A stretch of DNA of 64,000 nt, from assembly GCA_000708835.1 (NCBI GenBank), contig DF237248.1, positions 1-64,000 on the forward strand. Reading direction: 5' to 3'. Position 1 is the stretch's first letter. Each line of letters begins with the position of its first letter. A model generated the notes under the pieces. The model did not search any database, was not told the origin of the DNA, and saw nothing but the letters and a program-made list of their open reading frames with translations. The position numbers were made by a program, and so were the translations under genes. Positions 33,368 to 57,600 of this stretch are shown here, piece by piece. This DNA comes from Klebsormidium nitens (lineage: Eukaryota; Plantae; Klebsormidiophyceae).

Positions 33368-36300
33368 ATGGCAGAAGTGTCGTCTGCGGATGACACGCAA
33401 TTCGTTGTGGCCCTTATAGAGAATCGAGCGAAGGTAACCACTTCCCTTTTTGCTTTTTGAAGTGGAATTGTAGGCTACGTTGTGCGCTGCTTGGAGGAAG
33501 CTGTGGTATGCAGATATAGCTTCCTGTGTCAGGTCTGAAATTGTTGACTGTCGAGGAGTGTAAGACCATCTGATGTGTAGCTCAAGGTTTTTCTCCTTAA
33601 CGAAGCATTAGAACGGCTTTTGCTAGCAGCTTATCCATCCATAGAGCACCGCTGCCCACGAACGGCTTCAAAAATATTTCAGAAACACTTGGCAACAATC
33701 AAGGCTTGCCAACTCTTTTCCGTGCAGGAAGTTGGCATGGCTGCATTTGATCTAAGAACGGCTTCCTTACACCTCTCACAGTACATAGAGTCATCCAGGT
33801 CATACCAGAACACCTTGACCTTGCTTCAATACTTCGACCCAACAGAACTGATCACGTGTGCAAGCAACACTGACGGCATCGCGTCCCTGATCGAGCATTC
33901 TAGCCTTACGAGCGCACGGAAGTTAAGAAGCCCCACTCTTCAACAGCGATCTGAATCCTGTTCGACAATAAACCTCGCAATTGCAACAGACTAGGCCTGC
34001 TGAATTTTGGTTGTAAGCACAATGATTCTTCATGAATTGACTTGAAGAGAGATGCGGCTTTTAACTACAGACGAATGTGCAGTAAGATCTGCGAAAGCGG
34101 TGAATCCTGAAGCATCCCGTCTTTTTGTTGACAGACAGCTGTACAAAGGGGGTGTTTTGACGACACAAAGGTAAGCTCTGTTGTGAACTCCTTGCGCTGA
34201 TGTCACATGTCCGTTGCAGCAAGAAATAATGACCTCCTCATACTTCAGACCTCTTAGATTAGCTTTCAGTTTATGACGAAGCTGACTCTTCGATCCTGTT
34301 CAGGGTGCTCTTCTCGTGCGGAGTTTTGCTGTCACGACAGACTCCACCAATACAAATCTGGACTCGTATTACAAGCAGTATTATCTGGCCCTCGGAGCTG
34401 CTTCCGCTGCTCTGAAATGGTAAGCGTCCCAGATTACCTGACGTCGATGCTTATCTGTCTTTCAAAACATTGGTGTTTAGAATACCATCTGGTCGGTCAG
34501 CTGCTGGATCTTCAAAGATGGATTCTGTAACGCTAAAATAGGCTGAAGGCGATATCTACGTTTCTGAATGGCGAGCTGGTCTGCTTGCCTTGCAGGGTTG
34601 AGTGCGAGAAGGGTATCCTCATCACTAGCCACTCTCTGAAGGTAAACTTACTCAACCTCAAACTTCAATCGGGTGTCGCATTTCCAAGAACCTCTTTGGA
34701 AAAGGCCAAATATTTCTACATTTTACTATGCTTTTCGGTCAATCTTGACCAACTTGCATGACACATGTTGCAACCGTGCGCTACCGCTCCAAAGGATAGA
34801 GACTTACACAAGGATACTCGCTTTGCAGGTCACATACAATGGTAGCTACGACCACATGAATATCGACTCAACAAGGTGATTGGCCAGATCTGGACCTCAG
34901 CGGCTACGATTCCAGGATCTCATTCCGTTAGTGCGTATACTGAAATATCTGGCAACTTCATATGCTTCTGGGACATTCGACCTGCTCCTTGTCTCGATTA
35001 GTAACCACCTTACACACATGCACTTGCACTTGAACACATACTGCTTGAAATTTCCGCTTCAGAGCTTCCTGTCGCTGTCTTCCGTTCGCAGTGTCCAGAA
35101 TCTTGAAATCATAGCGCCTCTGTGGTGTTCTCCGAGTACGTCCTCCGCCAAGGCAAAGAAGGGAAGTCTCTTTGGCATCTTGAATAACACAAAGACAGTT
35201 TGCGGGTAAGTCCTTTTAAAAGAATCCGTACATCTTGATGGTACAAATCTCATACCTCTCTGCAACTGAATTTTTGACAGATTGGTTTGTTCAGGACTTG
35301 CGTTGAGCCGCTTCTCGACCTTATTATGCGTGAGAAACCAACAAAATTAAACTTCGATGCAGGAGTCGACTGCTGAAAGCAAATCTGCTTCAGCCACTGA
35401 AGGACATCGAGACCATAAACACGAGACTTGACTGTCTGGTAAGCATCCTCTAATGAGCAAGTTGACTATCAATCACCTTTTCAATGATTTAAAATTCCAA
35501 CAGCATTTCGTCGCACCAACCCGCAACACTTGTGCTTGCTAGTCACTTACTACAAACTTTAGCGGGCCCCACTATATTCGAAGAGCCATTCGATTTTCGC
35601 AAAACTACATGGCTGTGCAGGACAACCTCGTGGACGATGAGAACCTCTTCTTCAGTATCCAGCAAGTAATGTCTAAAGTACCAAAAGACATAGGTAAGAA
35701 CGAGAATCTGGACGGGTCTCCTTCTTGCGGAAGGAGATGAGAGGATAACATGGTATCTTTTCCGGCATCCCGCATCCTTGGCTTAGTATCAACCGCCTTA
35801 AACACTGCAATCTTTATCATAGATTGACTTCGTGGCTATCATATTGAGCCGCTAAGTGCAATCCTTTCGTGGTGTCACATCTTTTAGCCGTCGACGGGCG
35901 TGATCCAAAGCTCATGCCGTTGCGTTGCGACTCGGATACCTTCGTTCTTCCTGCAGATCGCGTCTTTTCGCAGTTTGCCTATAAACTGAAAAAGTCGATG
36001 AACATGGAAAGCAGTGGAGCCACCACGATGCGACGCAATCAGCAACTGGTCGCTGGAATCATCCTTCTCAAGGAGGCTCTTGCGTTGATACCAAGCCTCG
36101 CCGAGGTAAGAGCAGAGAAACTTGAAATTGCAGGCGCTGACCGCGTATATTTGTCGTGTTCGAAACTCCTCGTCTGATTCAAGCATTTATTTGGAGACTT
36201 CGAAAGTGCTTTGCTAGTAGTGGCCATGTTACTGAGCTCACTTACTTTCGTCTGAATTTTATCAAATTTTGAGAGGTGAATTCTGCGGCCGCCTCTGTGA

Positions 36301-39300
36301 TGAGTTTCAGCCCCCTGGCTCCATGTGCAGGTTCTCTCTCAGGCGAGCTGCTCACTTCTCGAGAACATCAGGGACTCTGTTTGCCTCCATCCGAAAGTGA
36401 AGGAGCTTCAAGATAGGTGAGGCTTCCTCATCCTAACACGATCCACAAATGACGACAGAGGAAACTTTCTGACTTGATTCGAACGGACGGATGCAGAACC
36501 ATTAGAGTGCTTTGAAGCCCTGAGCTCACAACCGGTAGAAATAATCGCTTCCTTTCCTACCCGTTCAAGGTCATTTAATTCGGTCAGCTTCAGAACTGGT
36601 AGTAAGAATTGCTTTCTTTCCTACCCGATCAAGGTCATTTACTTCGGTCATTCCATTTTGTTCCGCAGTATCGACGACATCATCGATGAGGATGTCTTGC
36701 ACTCCCGCCAAGCTTTCGTGGCCCGCACGCAGCAGTGCTTTGCGGTGAAAGCGGGTTTGGACGGCTTTTTGGACGTAGCGAGAAAGGCTTTCTGTGAAAC
36801 CACTGAAGGTAAGAGGCATGCAGACTCAATGTAAACTCAAGCCCCCAGGACTCGCTGCATTTCGAACGAGATCCGCGGGTCTCATCGGAAGGAACGTAAT
36901 CTCCTGGCCTTTCGCATCTGAGAATCTTGCCAGAATCCACTAATTTCAAGATAAGCTTGATTTTCTGGGAAATAAAGACTCCGTTGGCGTTTGTCTCGCA
37001 GATATGCACGAGCTGGCAAAGCGATACCGAGAGGAGTATGATCTCCCGAACTTGAAGCTGCCGTACAACGGGAAACAGGGCTTCTACATCAGTATCCCTG
37101 CGAAGGACGTGGAGACCGAGCCTTTGCCAAGGATCTTCATTCAGGTGACTAAAGATACAGCTTGCAACGTCGTCCAGTACAGCGCGTTCTTGTTCCGGGC
37201 ATGCCCGCAATCCCGTGTAATAATATGTCGAGAGTCACTTCGGAGTCCAACCCAGATTCTGAAGCAGATGTAGATGACTCCTTCCGCAGCTAGTCCAGAT
37301 ATGAAGAGTAAGCCAATTTCTTTCATCTTCTTTATTGCAGGTTACGAAGCACGGGAAGAACATCTTCTGCTCCACGCAGGAGCTTGTAGCTGTGAGGATT
37401 TCTCATCACCCTTTCAAGTTTCCAGATCCATCGAAAGCCTAGCATGGTAAAAGCCTTCTGATTTGAGTCCCTTGGAGGAGGCGTCTTCTGTCAGTCTAAA
37501 CTGGTTCTTTTCTTCATCTTGAGCCTTTGATGCTGCTCCTTTCGTGGCTCCTTACTCCATCAAATTGGTATTCTCGTACCATCTTCAAGTTTCTGGAAAG
37601 TCACGAATGTGATCTGAACATCTTGCTTCTATTGTTTCATGTCGCAGTTGAACGTTCGAAACAAAGAAGCTGCTGCCGACTGCTATTCGAGAACGGAGAG
37701 GGCTCTTGAAGGTATACTCGTGACTCCAGTCAGACGACAATAATCGTGTTTCTGAAATACGGTCTCGAACACTGTTCTTGTCGCTCGTCCTCACAGTCCA
37801 TTCGTCTTCTAGGTCGGTAGACATATGCAATCATCCATTGCAGATGCTTAGCATTCCCGGCACAACCCAAAAACTCCTGATCGATCCGGGGATTTTCGTT
37901 CTCTTGCAGGGCTGTGCCAGACCATCCGTGAGAACATCCAGTTGCTCATGCTCCTCTCGGAGTCTGTGGCTATGCTGGACATGCTGGTCAACTCCTTCGC
38001 GCACATCGTCTCGACGAGCGCGCCGGAGACCTACCACCGACCAGAGTTCACAGGTACTCAAAGATCTTCAGATGCACGGGTAAAATCTGGCCTGAGCTTC
38101 GAGTCAGGTCGCAACACTTCAAAACACTCTGCTCTTGTTGCTGGAGCCGGACGTCTGGTAAAGGATTGTATTGATCAAAATTGAAAGTCGCGTTCCTTTG
38201 TGCAGAGGATGGGCCCATCGCTATCGATGCCGGCCGCCATCCGATCGTCGAGGGCCTACATTCTGACACGCCTTTTGTTGTAAGGGGCCTTTACATCAGC
38301 TGATCCTTGCGATCCTTCATTGGATCTTCAATTGAATTTGCTTGGGATCTGTGTCCGCAGAAGCAAACCGTCTTCGCTCGGTATCACATAGAGTCTAGAG
38401 ATCAAACACCGCAGAAAAGAAAGGCATTAGACCTCATCCACCTTATCAAGTGTTATTGATCCGAGATTTTGTTTTAGCCTTTTACTTCGAACCTTGTTCG
38501 AACAAGACCGATCGATCTTAGTATATATTCTCTCATTTTTCCCGCTTCTATTGTTTCCAGGCAAACAGCACCTTTCTCTCGGAGGCTTCTAACATGATGA
38601 TCGTAACAGGGCCCAACATGTAAGCCCAGCTTTTTCGTAGTTTCTCAGAAACCCGGTTTGACGATTGAGATGGGTTAGCTCCTCCGTTTGGGTATCAGAA
38701 ACTGTCAGAAACTGCAAAAGCAGAGCCGCTCCTGGGTGTTCTCGGAGTGAATATGGAGCAGAAGGTGGAAGCAGAGATTTAGATAAACTTCATGAAGCAT
38801 TACTGCTTTTTCCACAGGAGCGGCAAGAGCACTTACCTCAAGCAGGTCAGCCTGATCGCGGTCATGGCACATGTTGGCTGCTACGTTCCCGCGCGATACG
38901 CGTCTTTCCGTGTGGTAGACAAGCTGTTTACCAGGATTGGCGCTGGAGACAATCTGGAGAGCAACTCGAGCACCGTAAGCTTCATCGACCCGTCAAGCCT
39001 CGGTAACTTACTGACTCTCAATCTGCAGACTGAAAGTATCACGAATGCCTTTGAGCGGGATCAGAGCAACACTGCTAATTCGAAGGCCGTTCAGAAACTC
39101 TCTTCACAAATCGTGGAGGGAATGTCCAGTCCGAATTCTTCGACGAGATGGCCATACAGTTCACCCTCAAGAAATGCGAACTGCCAATCTGCACTCGTCT
39201 TCTCGCCTGCTCATGTAACTTTCTGCGATGGCCTTCCTCCTGCAGTTTATGACTGAGATGCGCGAGACGGCCTTTCTCATGCAGAACATGACTTCCAGGT

Positions 39301-40587
39301 GGGATCACCAACCACCCGATGAGACCTGAAAGAAAGCTTGCTTTGTTTTTCTGCCTTCATACGCACGACTTCCTTAACCTAGATGTTCTTCCTTTTATGT
39401 GATTCTGACCCGCTACCGCTGGGAAGCGTGGGTGAAGGTATATCCAACGATCCTTTGCTCGCGTCAGAGCCTCTCTTCCTATGTGCATTCAAGGTCCTGC
39501 ACATCTTGTAAGTTCTGCGCTCTAAGCTTTTCTTCTCACCTCCGGCTCAGACATAGCCGTTTTTTGTTGCAGGAGCCTCATCGTGATAGACGAGCTGGGG
39601 AGGGCTACGTCCAGCACCGACGGTCTTGCAATAGCGTGGGCATGTAGCGAGGCGTTGCTAGCAACAAAGGGGTGAGGAAAGAAGCACCTTCGCAGCGCTT
39701 TCAAAGATGTCGCTTCTCATGTACTCTCCTAATGAGGCAGCACATTCCTGTCCCCTACGTTGTCCAGCGACACTTCTTTTCACCGTCTTCTTCCCTCGGT
39801 CTGCTATACCAATCAGGAGACAAGCTCGGACAAGCCATTGCTGGAGAGAGGTCTCATGAAAAGATCAATATCTTAGCCAAGCGCACCCGTTTGCCAGCCT
39901 GCTGCTGTCGAGATTTGCAGGTACGTTGTCTTCGCTACCCACATGTCGCGCCTGGCCGAGCTCTCGAGCATCTACCCGAACGTGAAGGTGTGCTTCCTTT
40001 CCGTCGCGGTCGACAACAACCGGCTCGACTTCCAGTACAACCTCCGGGAAGGCTACACGGACGTGCCGCACTACGGGGTGCTTCTGGCGGAAGTTGCGGG
40101 CATGCCGTCGGAGGTCATTCAGGACGCGAGAAGGATCGCGCAGAAGCTCGATGACCAGGTGAGAAGCAGCGGACTCCCTGGTTTTGCGTTCGATTTATCG
40201 ACTGAAGCGTCGAACTTGGTCTGCTTTCTGATTAACTTTAGCACGAAGCTTGAAACCATTTTCCGAGATTTCCGTCTCTTGTCTTCCCAGCCGAGAAACG
40301 CGTCATCGGGATGGTCGTTGAAGGCCGTGCATTTCTCTGCATAAGTATTTGGACTTGTTCTGTTGACTAATTGTCTGCAGCCATGATGCGCTGAACATCA
40401 AGGTTTGCATTGGATGCAGGAAACAAAACGGCTTGATTCCGGGTATTCCGCTTACCTCAATCTCCGGAAGGACTACTACGTTGCGCAGCGGCTGCTTTGC
40501 TTGCGTTACGCAAACTTAGAGGAAGAGTCGATGAGGGAGTACTTGCAGAATCTCAAGGACCAGTATCTCGATGGGCAGATTGGATGA
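33368..40587 (+). CDS. MSH4: MSH4, meiosis-specific MutS-gamma subunit, about 24 exons
   Basis: MAEV...[11 protein letters not shown]|[21 protein letters not shown]; RGCFDDTK; [10 protein letters not shown]; [13 protein letters not shown]; [24 protein letters not shown]; [14 protein letters not shown]; IDAGRHPI; Walker A GPNM|SGKSTY; DNLESNSST|FMTEM; Walker B DELGRATS; FATH; [12 protein letters not shown]; AQRLLCLRY...*. Diagnostic of plant MSH4. Confidence 0.97.
36543..36650. repeat. Intronic duplication of a 44-bp unit (64-bp period) just upstream of an MSH4 acceptor
   Basis: 36543-36586 versus 36607-36650, 4 mismatches. Confidence 0.85.
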
Positions 40588-41796
40588 ATCAGTAAACGGT
40601 AGACGGTCATGCTTTCAGCCGCGTTCAACGGGAGACTTCCGGCTTGAATCCGCTGCGCGCGTTCTGGCGGAAGTATTGCTTGTCGGCTCCTCAAATGTTG
40701 GTTTGGTCCTGCTCTCTGAGCTTAGGTGCACGTCTGTACACAATGCTCCAAAGCGCACGGCAACCGCAGTTTTCCTCAGCTCTAAAAATCAACACACCAC
40801 ATGGTCTTGAATACGCAGCTTTATGTTACGTGGTCATAGGCGCGCTTCGCGATCTTACGCTTGAAGAGCGACAAGCAAGAGGATACGTCCGCAGACCCCC
40901 TAACGCTTTGGCTCGATTACCATGTGCTCCATGTTTGCAGCGCGTGATCGAAAGACCGATATGTGGAAGCTCATGACGTAGCGTTTGGCGCTCTTAAAGG
41001 CTCGTCCTGTATCTTTGTTCTGAAGGCAATTTTTGCGTTGTGATGCTCATGATCGGCTATCTGATTACTCAAGGCGTACGTCAAGCTGCCAGCAATTGGT
41101 CCATATACGCAGAATATGCGCATGAGGCCCACTGCCAACCTGGGCCACCCTGGCCAGTCACTGAGTCAATTGCGAGCATGCAAGCTGGGTGCTGAGCGAA
41201 ATTCAATGGACTCAGAAGTGTTCGTAGTGAGCTCTAGCTAGCGTGTACGTTGACGTACGCATGTGGGTCGATTGCCGCAAAGCAACGGGAGAAGGCTGCT
41301 TCCAAGCCATGGCTATCCAGCAATCACAGATAGCGGCAGTGTGCGTGCTGCTAGATACATATGTCTTATAGAGTCGAAGGACACGTACCTGATATATACA
41401 TACGAGCGCAGACTGTCCAGCGACACCATTCTTCCAGGATATTCGTTTGCACGCCCCGAACTGACCGAGTGCAGAGAATGTCACAGTGAAATTTGCCCAC
41501 TAACCACTATCTGCATGAACTTTGCATGCCACTTCCTGATTTGATGTGGAGCGCGATCGGTCCAGATGAGATTGCCAGTCATCATCTCTGGGTTTTCTGT
41601 ATGTATGTATCCAACACTTTCATCATTATAAATATGGATCTGACTGAGCTTGCTCTAATATACAAATGCACTGTATGTTCTATTATATATGGCTCCGTTC
41701 CCCAATCCAGGCTTGTTCGAGATTTTTCTTGATATCTTGCCTCGCCCGCTACTCGCTAAGCACACTTGCCTGACAAATCATTCTGCGAGCGACGTT

Positions 41797-53446
<11,650 letters not shown>

Positions 53447-54655
53447 CTGTTGAGATTATGGATCAGTTTGCTGTGCCTTGATTGGTTAGAAGTGATCAAG
53501 GAATCTAGATGATGAGCCTTCTGTCACCAGGCTAAGAGCCACATTGGAAAACCTACTTGCTTGATCCACATGATCTCTGCCTGCGAGCAACTTTGCAATC
53601 AGAAGCTCGCACAATTGTATGCCTTCAGCTCTACTTGTGTAGCTGCAAACTAAATGCCCACCAATCAACTCATGATCTGGTCAACAAAATCGGTGCCCCA
53701 TTGCAGGTCAGTGGTCAGGAACAATGTGATCTGCCCACATTCCCTGGGTGCACGGTTTGCTGCTGCTCTGAGGTAGACCAATGAGGGCGGAATTACGAAG
53801 CAGCATAAGGGCCTACATGAATTCGCATGATTTGTCAGCACCACCCTGTTTTAGATCTTTGCATTTTCACGTTGATGTCAAATTCTGGCGCAAGCTCTCT
53901 CTGCATTGCGCATTCCTCATTCAGTGCTTGCTGGCACTTGGTGGCTCAAATTGTGCACAGAAATCTGGCGAGGCGCGACTAGGTAGATCCCTGCATTTGC
54001 AAGCTAGCTAGCTCTGCGTGATCATCTCTCGTCCACCCCCTTTGCACTTGGCATGTAGTTTGGCCAGCTGCCGGGCTTCTGTGTTGGTTGAAAGTTGGGG
54101 GGTAAGGATTGGCGCAAAAGTGGCCCCCCATTTGAGATATCTTCGCCAGGGGGTGCGCTTTGGCAACAGCATTGGCAAGCAGCATTGTGCATGATGAGCT
54201 CGCCAGAGTGATGAAGTCCAAGGAGAATTGCAATGCGGTAGCTGCGCTTTTCTGAGGCATTTGATAGCTTTTGAACGATCTTAATCCAGCTGGAAGGGAC
54301 GTAATTCAGCTGAGAGATGTCCTACGATCTGTTTGTTCTGGACAATCGACCCTTGCTCGGGACCTATCACATTAGCAAGGACGTTTGCAAGGCGAAAGAC
54401 AAATGTGCAATCCACCAAGCGCTCTGCTTGAGATCTAAACCAAAGCTGAGCAGGCGGTCAGCTTGTGGTATCAACGGCCGTCCCCCCCAAGATCTGGCCA
54501 ATGCCCCCAGCATACTCATTCATCGCACAGGATTTCTTCCAGCTAAGGGCGTCAAGTTCAGCAGGAAGCGGGGTTCACCACTTTCATACTCTGCACTTCC
54601 ATCAGCGACAAGCCTGCCTGTGTTGAATAACCACCCAAATCAATCACTCCTGGTG

Positions 54656-57600
54656 ATGCTTGTCATGATGGCTGAAGTTGTCGCACTGAGCCTTGTGCTC
54701 CTCCCTGCTTCGGTGCTGTTCATTGGGTAAGTGCACAGCTGATCACCACTGTTCAGTCTGTTGCCTTGCAGCAGTGGATAAAACGGGCCTGGCAACTTCC
54801 AGCTGGGACCCCTTTTGCGGCCGTGCAGTATACCAACTTGTAGTATCAAGTGCGCCTTCCAACAAAGCCACGCAAGCGTATTGATGCCAAGCCACTGATC
54901 CTCAGCACAAAGCCCTCTCGACCTCTTGGGTGCAGGGTCTTCTTCCAGCCCCGTCTCATCATGCAACTGACACAGCGACTTTTCCCCTCTGTCCTGTTCC
55001 TTTGGCCCACGAAGTGTGAGACCTCTTCCCCCCATTCTATCTGCATAGCCAAAGTTCTGAAATTTGTACTGCATCCCTCAGAAATAGCGGCATCTCTAAT
55101 TGGAAAGGAATGTCCTCTTAGGTGGTTTTGCAGTTTATGAAAATAAACATACAAAACTCGTGCCATTCTCATTGGGAGAGGCCCTTGAACCTGATTGTAT
55201 CGTTGAAGCAGTTTGAGCCTCTCAGAACGGGTTACAGTAAAGCAAGATATAAGTCCCCCTCCATTGTGTTCTGCGTATTTGGACTCTCAAACTCATTCAG
55301 TTCTTTTCCTGAAAGTCTCTTCTTTGAAGTGTTCTTTATCTCGATAATCCTTAATCTACTGCATTCTGTACTCGGGGCTGACGCTGTCCATACTTTGCTT
55401 GCAGCAAAGGTGGTGGCCCTGACGATTGACGATTCTCCACACGATGCCGTCACACCAGAGGTCAGTCACTTATGCTCCGCGCTTGATGATACGTCCTGAG
55501 TCTGGTAACACCTAAAATCCCAAATCCTCGAGCCAGGTTTGAGATGTGCGACCGTCCCCCTGGATCGAGAACAGCACAACAGGCTGCACTGATTAATCAT
55601 GAATTTGACGACATTTGCCCTCACCCATTGAGTCTGGTGATCTCAGCCCAATCAGGCTCTGCAGCTGGTTTTGAAATGAAATCAAGTGAGAACGTTAAAG
55701 CCCTTGAGAAGGTCCGAAATCCTTCACTGCAGCTTTCCAATTGCATCTCAAAAGAGTGGGCGTGCTGACCTGTCAAGGTCACATGACGATTTGTGTAAAG
55801 GCATAACATCAAAGGCTAATAGTGGCTTTTGCCCCGGTGTACGTGGGGAGTAATCCTGAGTGTGAAGTGTCCAGCCTGTTCGAAATTTTACCAACCGAGT
55901 GAATATGATTAAGTGCGCCGTTTTACAAGGCATTGATCGACCAGATTATACATGTAGGTTATGCCGGAAAGGTTCATACGACAGTATGACCACTAGACCG
56001 CCGAGTGATCTTGAAGCGTCTGAATCGTTTGACCGGAAATAGGGAAGGCCTCGAGCCAACTCGAAGTGGGTCACGTGGCTCCTTGAAGCAGTCCGTTTCC
56101 CCCGATTTCAAGCATGGTTCAGACCCAACCTGAATCTAAAACCGAGAGTTACTTGCCACGCTGGCTGAGAGTCGAACCCCAGCCTTTCTGGTCGACGCCA
56201 GCCCTTAAAACAGTGCGTCGCTTCGAAAGAAGTCGTCGCTTTCCCTTTGCAGGTACTGGACGTTCTTCAGGAACACGACTGCAAGGCCACGTTCTTCATT
56301 ATTGGAAGTTACTTGGACAAGTGGCCGCATCTAGTTGACCAAATGCACAAAGAGGGTGAGACTTGGACTTCTCATCTGAGACCCGTAGAAGTGCCAGCGA
56401 AGATTGAGGTGTGGCTGTCTTCCGCGCTCTCTTATTGGCGCCAATCTTTTTGAAACCGTTCGAAGCAGACAAGCGAAGGAGAGCCCAATCTTCCCTGCTT
56501 CGTAATCCTCTGCAATATCCGAAGTTTGAGACTCGTGAAGGGAGATCTGGTTTTCGAACCCAAAGCCGAGATTTGACGTCTGATCGTGTTGTTTTGCCAG
56601 GTCATGAGCTCGGCAACCACACGATGGAAGACACGGCGAGCTGGAAGTTGAGCAAGGTAAGTGATAGATATATTTCAGGCTTTCTGAAGACTCAGAAAGG
56701 AAACTCGGACCGGTTTCGGCCTTGTTGTCGACTTTCTGCATTAAGAAATTGACTCAAACAAACGGCGTGCCACTCGACAACGAGCCCATCGCTCGGGTCT
56801 AGAGTCCTCGATGGTCGGTGTCGAACGCTCAGCACCGTTCTCCTACTTGTAACCGTGTGGTGGGCATTACGAGTTCTGCCTTGGTTCTCAGCCTTCAATG
56901 CAGGACAACAATGAACGAAAATAGTTATGCGAAAGACGATTAGCAGTCGTGTTGCTTCCATGGCCCTACTTCGTGACGCGATCATTATGCTTGCCTTAGC
57001 ATGCCTTTGACCCCACCGATCGACCCTTGAAAAGATTCGAGACAGCCATATTCTCTACGGATTGAATCGTAGCCTCAAGAATCGCAGGTAAGCTTAGACA
57101 TGGACATGACTTGCTTCTGCTCGCCGCACTGCTTCGCAAGCAAGGGGATCGCAAAGCCAGATTCGTGTCGACCTTTCAGGCTGGACCGCCCTTCTCAAGG
57201 GATGCTCGTCAAATCATTTTTATTCCGTTCCGTTACTCTTCCAGGACGAATTGGAGCGGCAGCTGCTAGAAACGGACTCCCGGTTGCAGCCTTACTGGGG
57301 CGCGAACAGTATCAAGTGGTTCCGGCCGGTAAGTGACGGACTTTCCCCCGCTTTTTTTGTCACTCTCGTTCCTTCGGTATTCCTGAGATTCGAAGCCAGT
57401 CCGTAAGTGTGCAAAAAAGGGTTCGAAAACAGTCTCACTCACGCGGATGGACTATGCAGAAGGTCACCCATCCAGATCCGAAAGATGTTCGATCCGGACG
57501 GCGCCTTGAGGGTTCTTGTCGGGGTGCTTACATAATCTGCTTTAGAATCTGGTTTGCATCATGAAAGCTGGTTACTAGGTGGCAGTCTGGAAACACGTCG

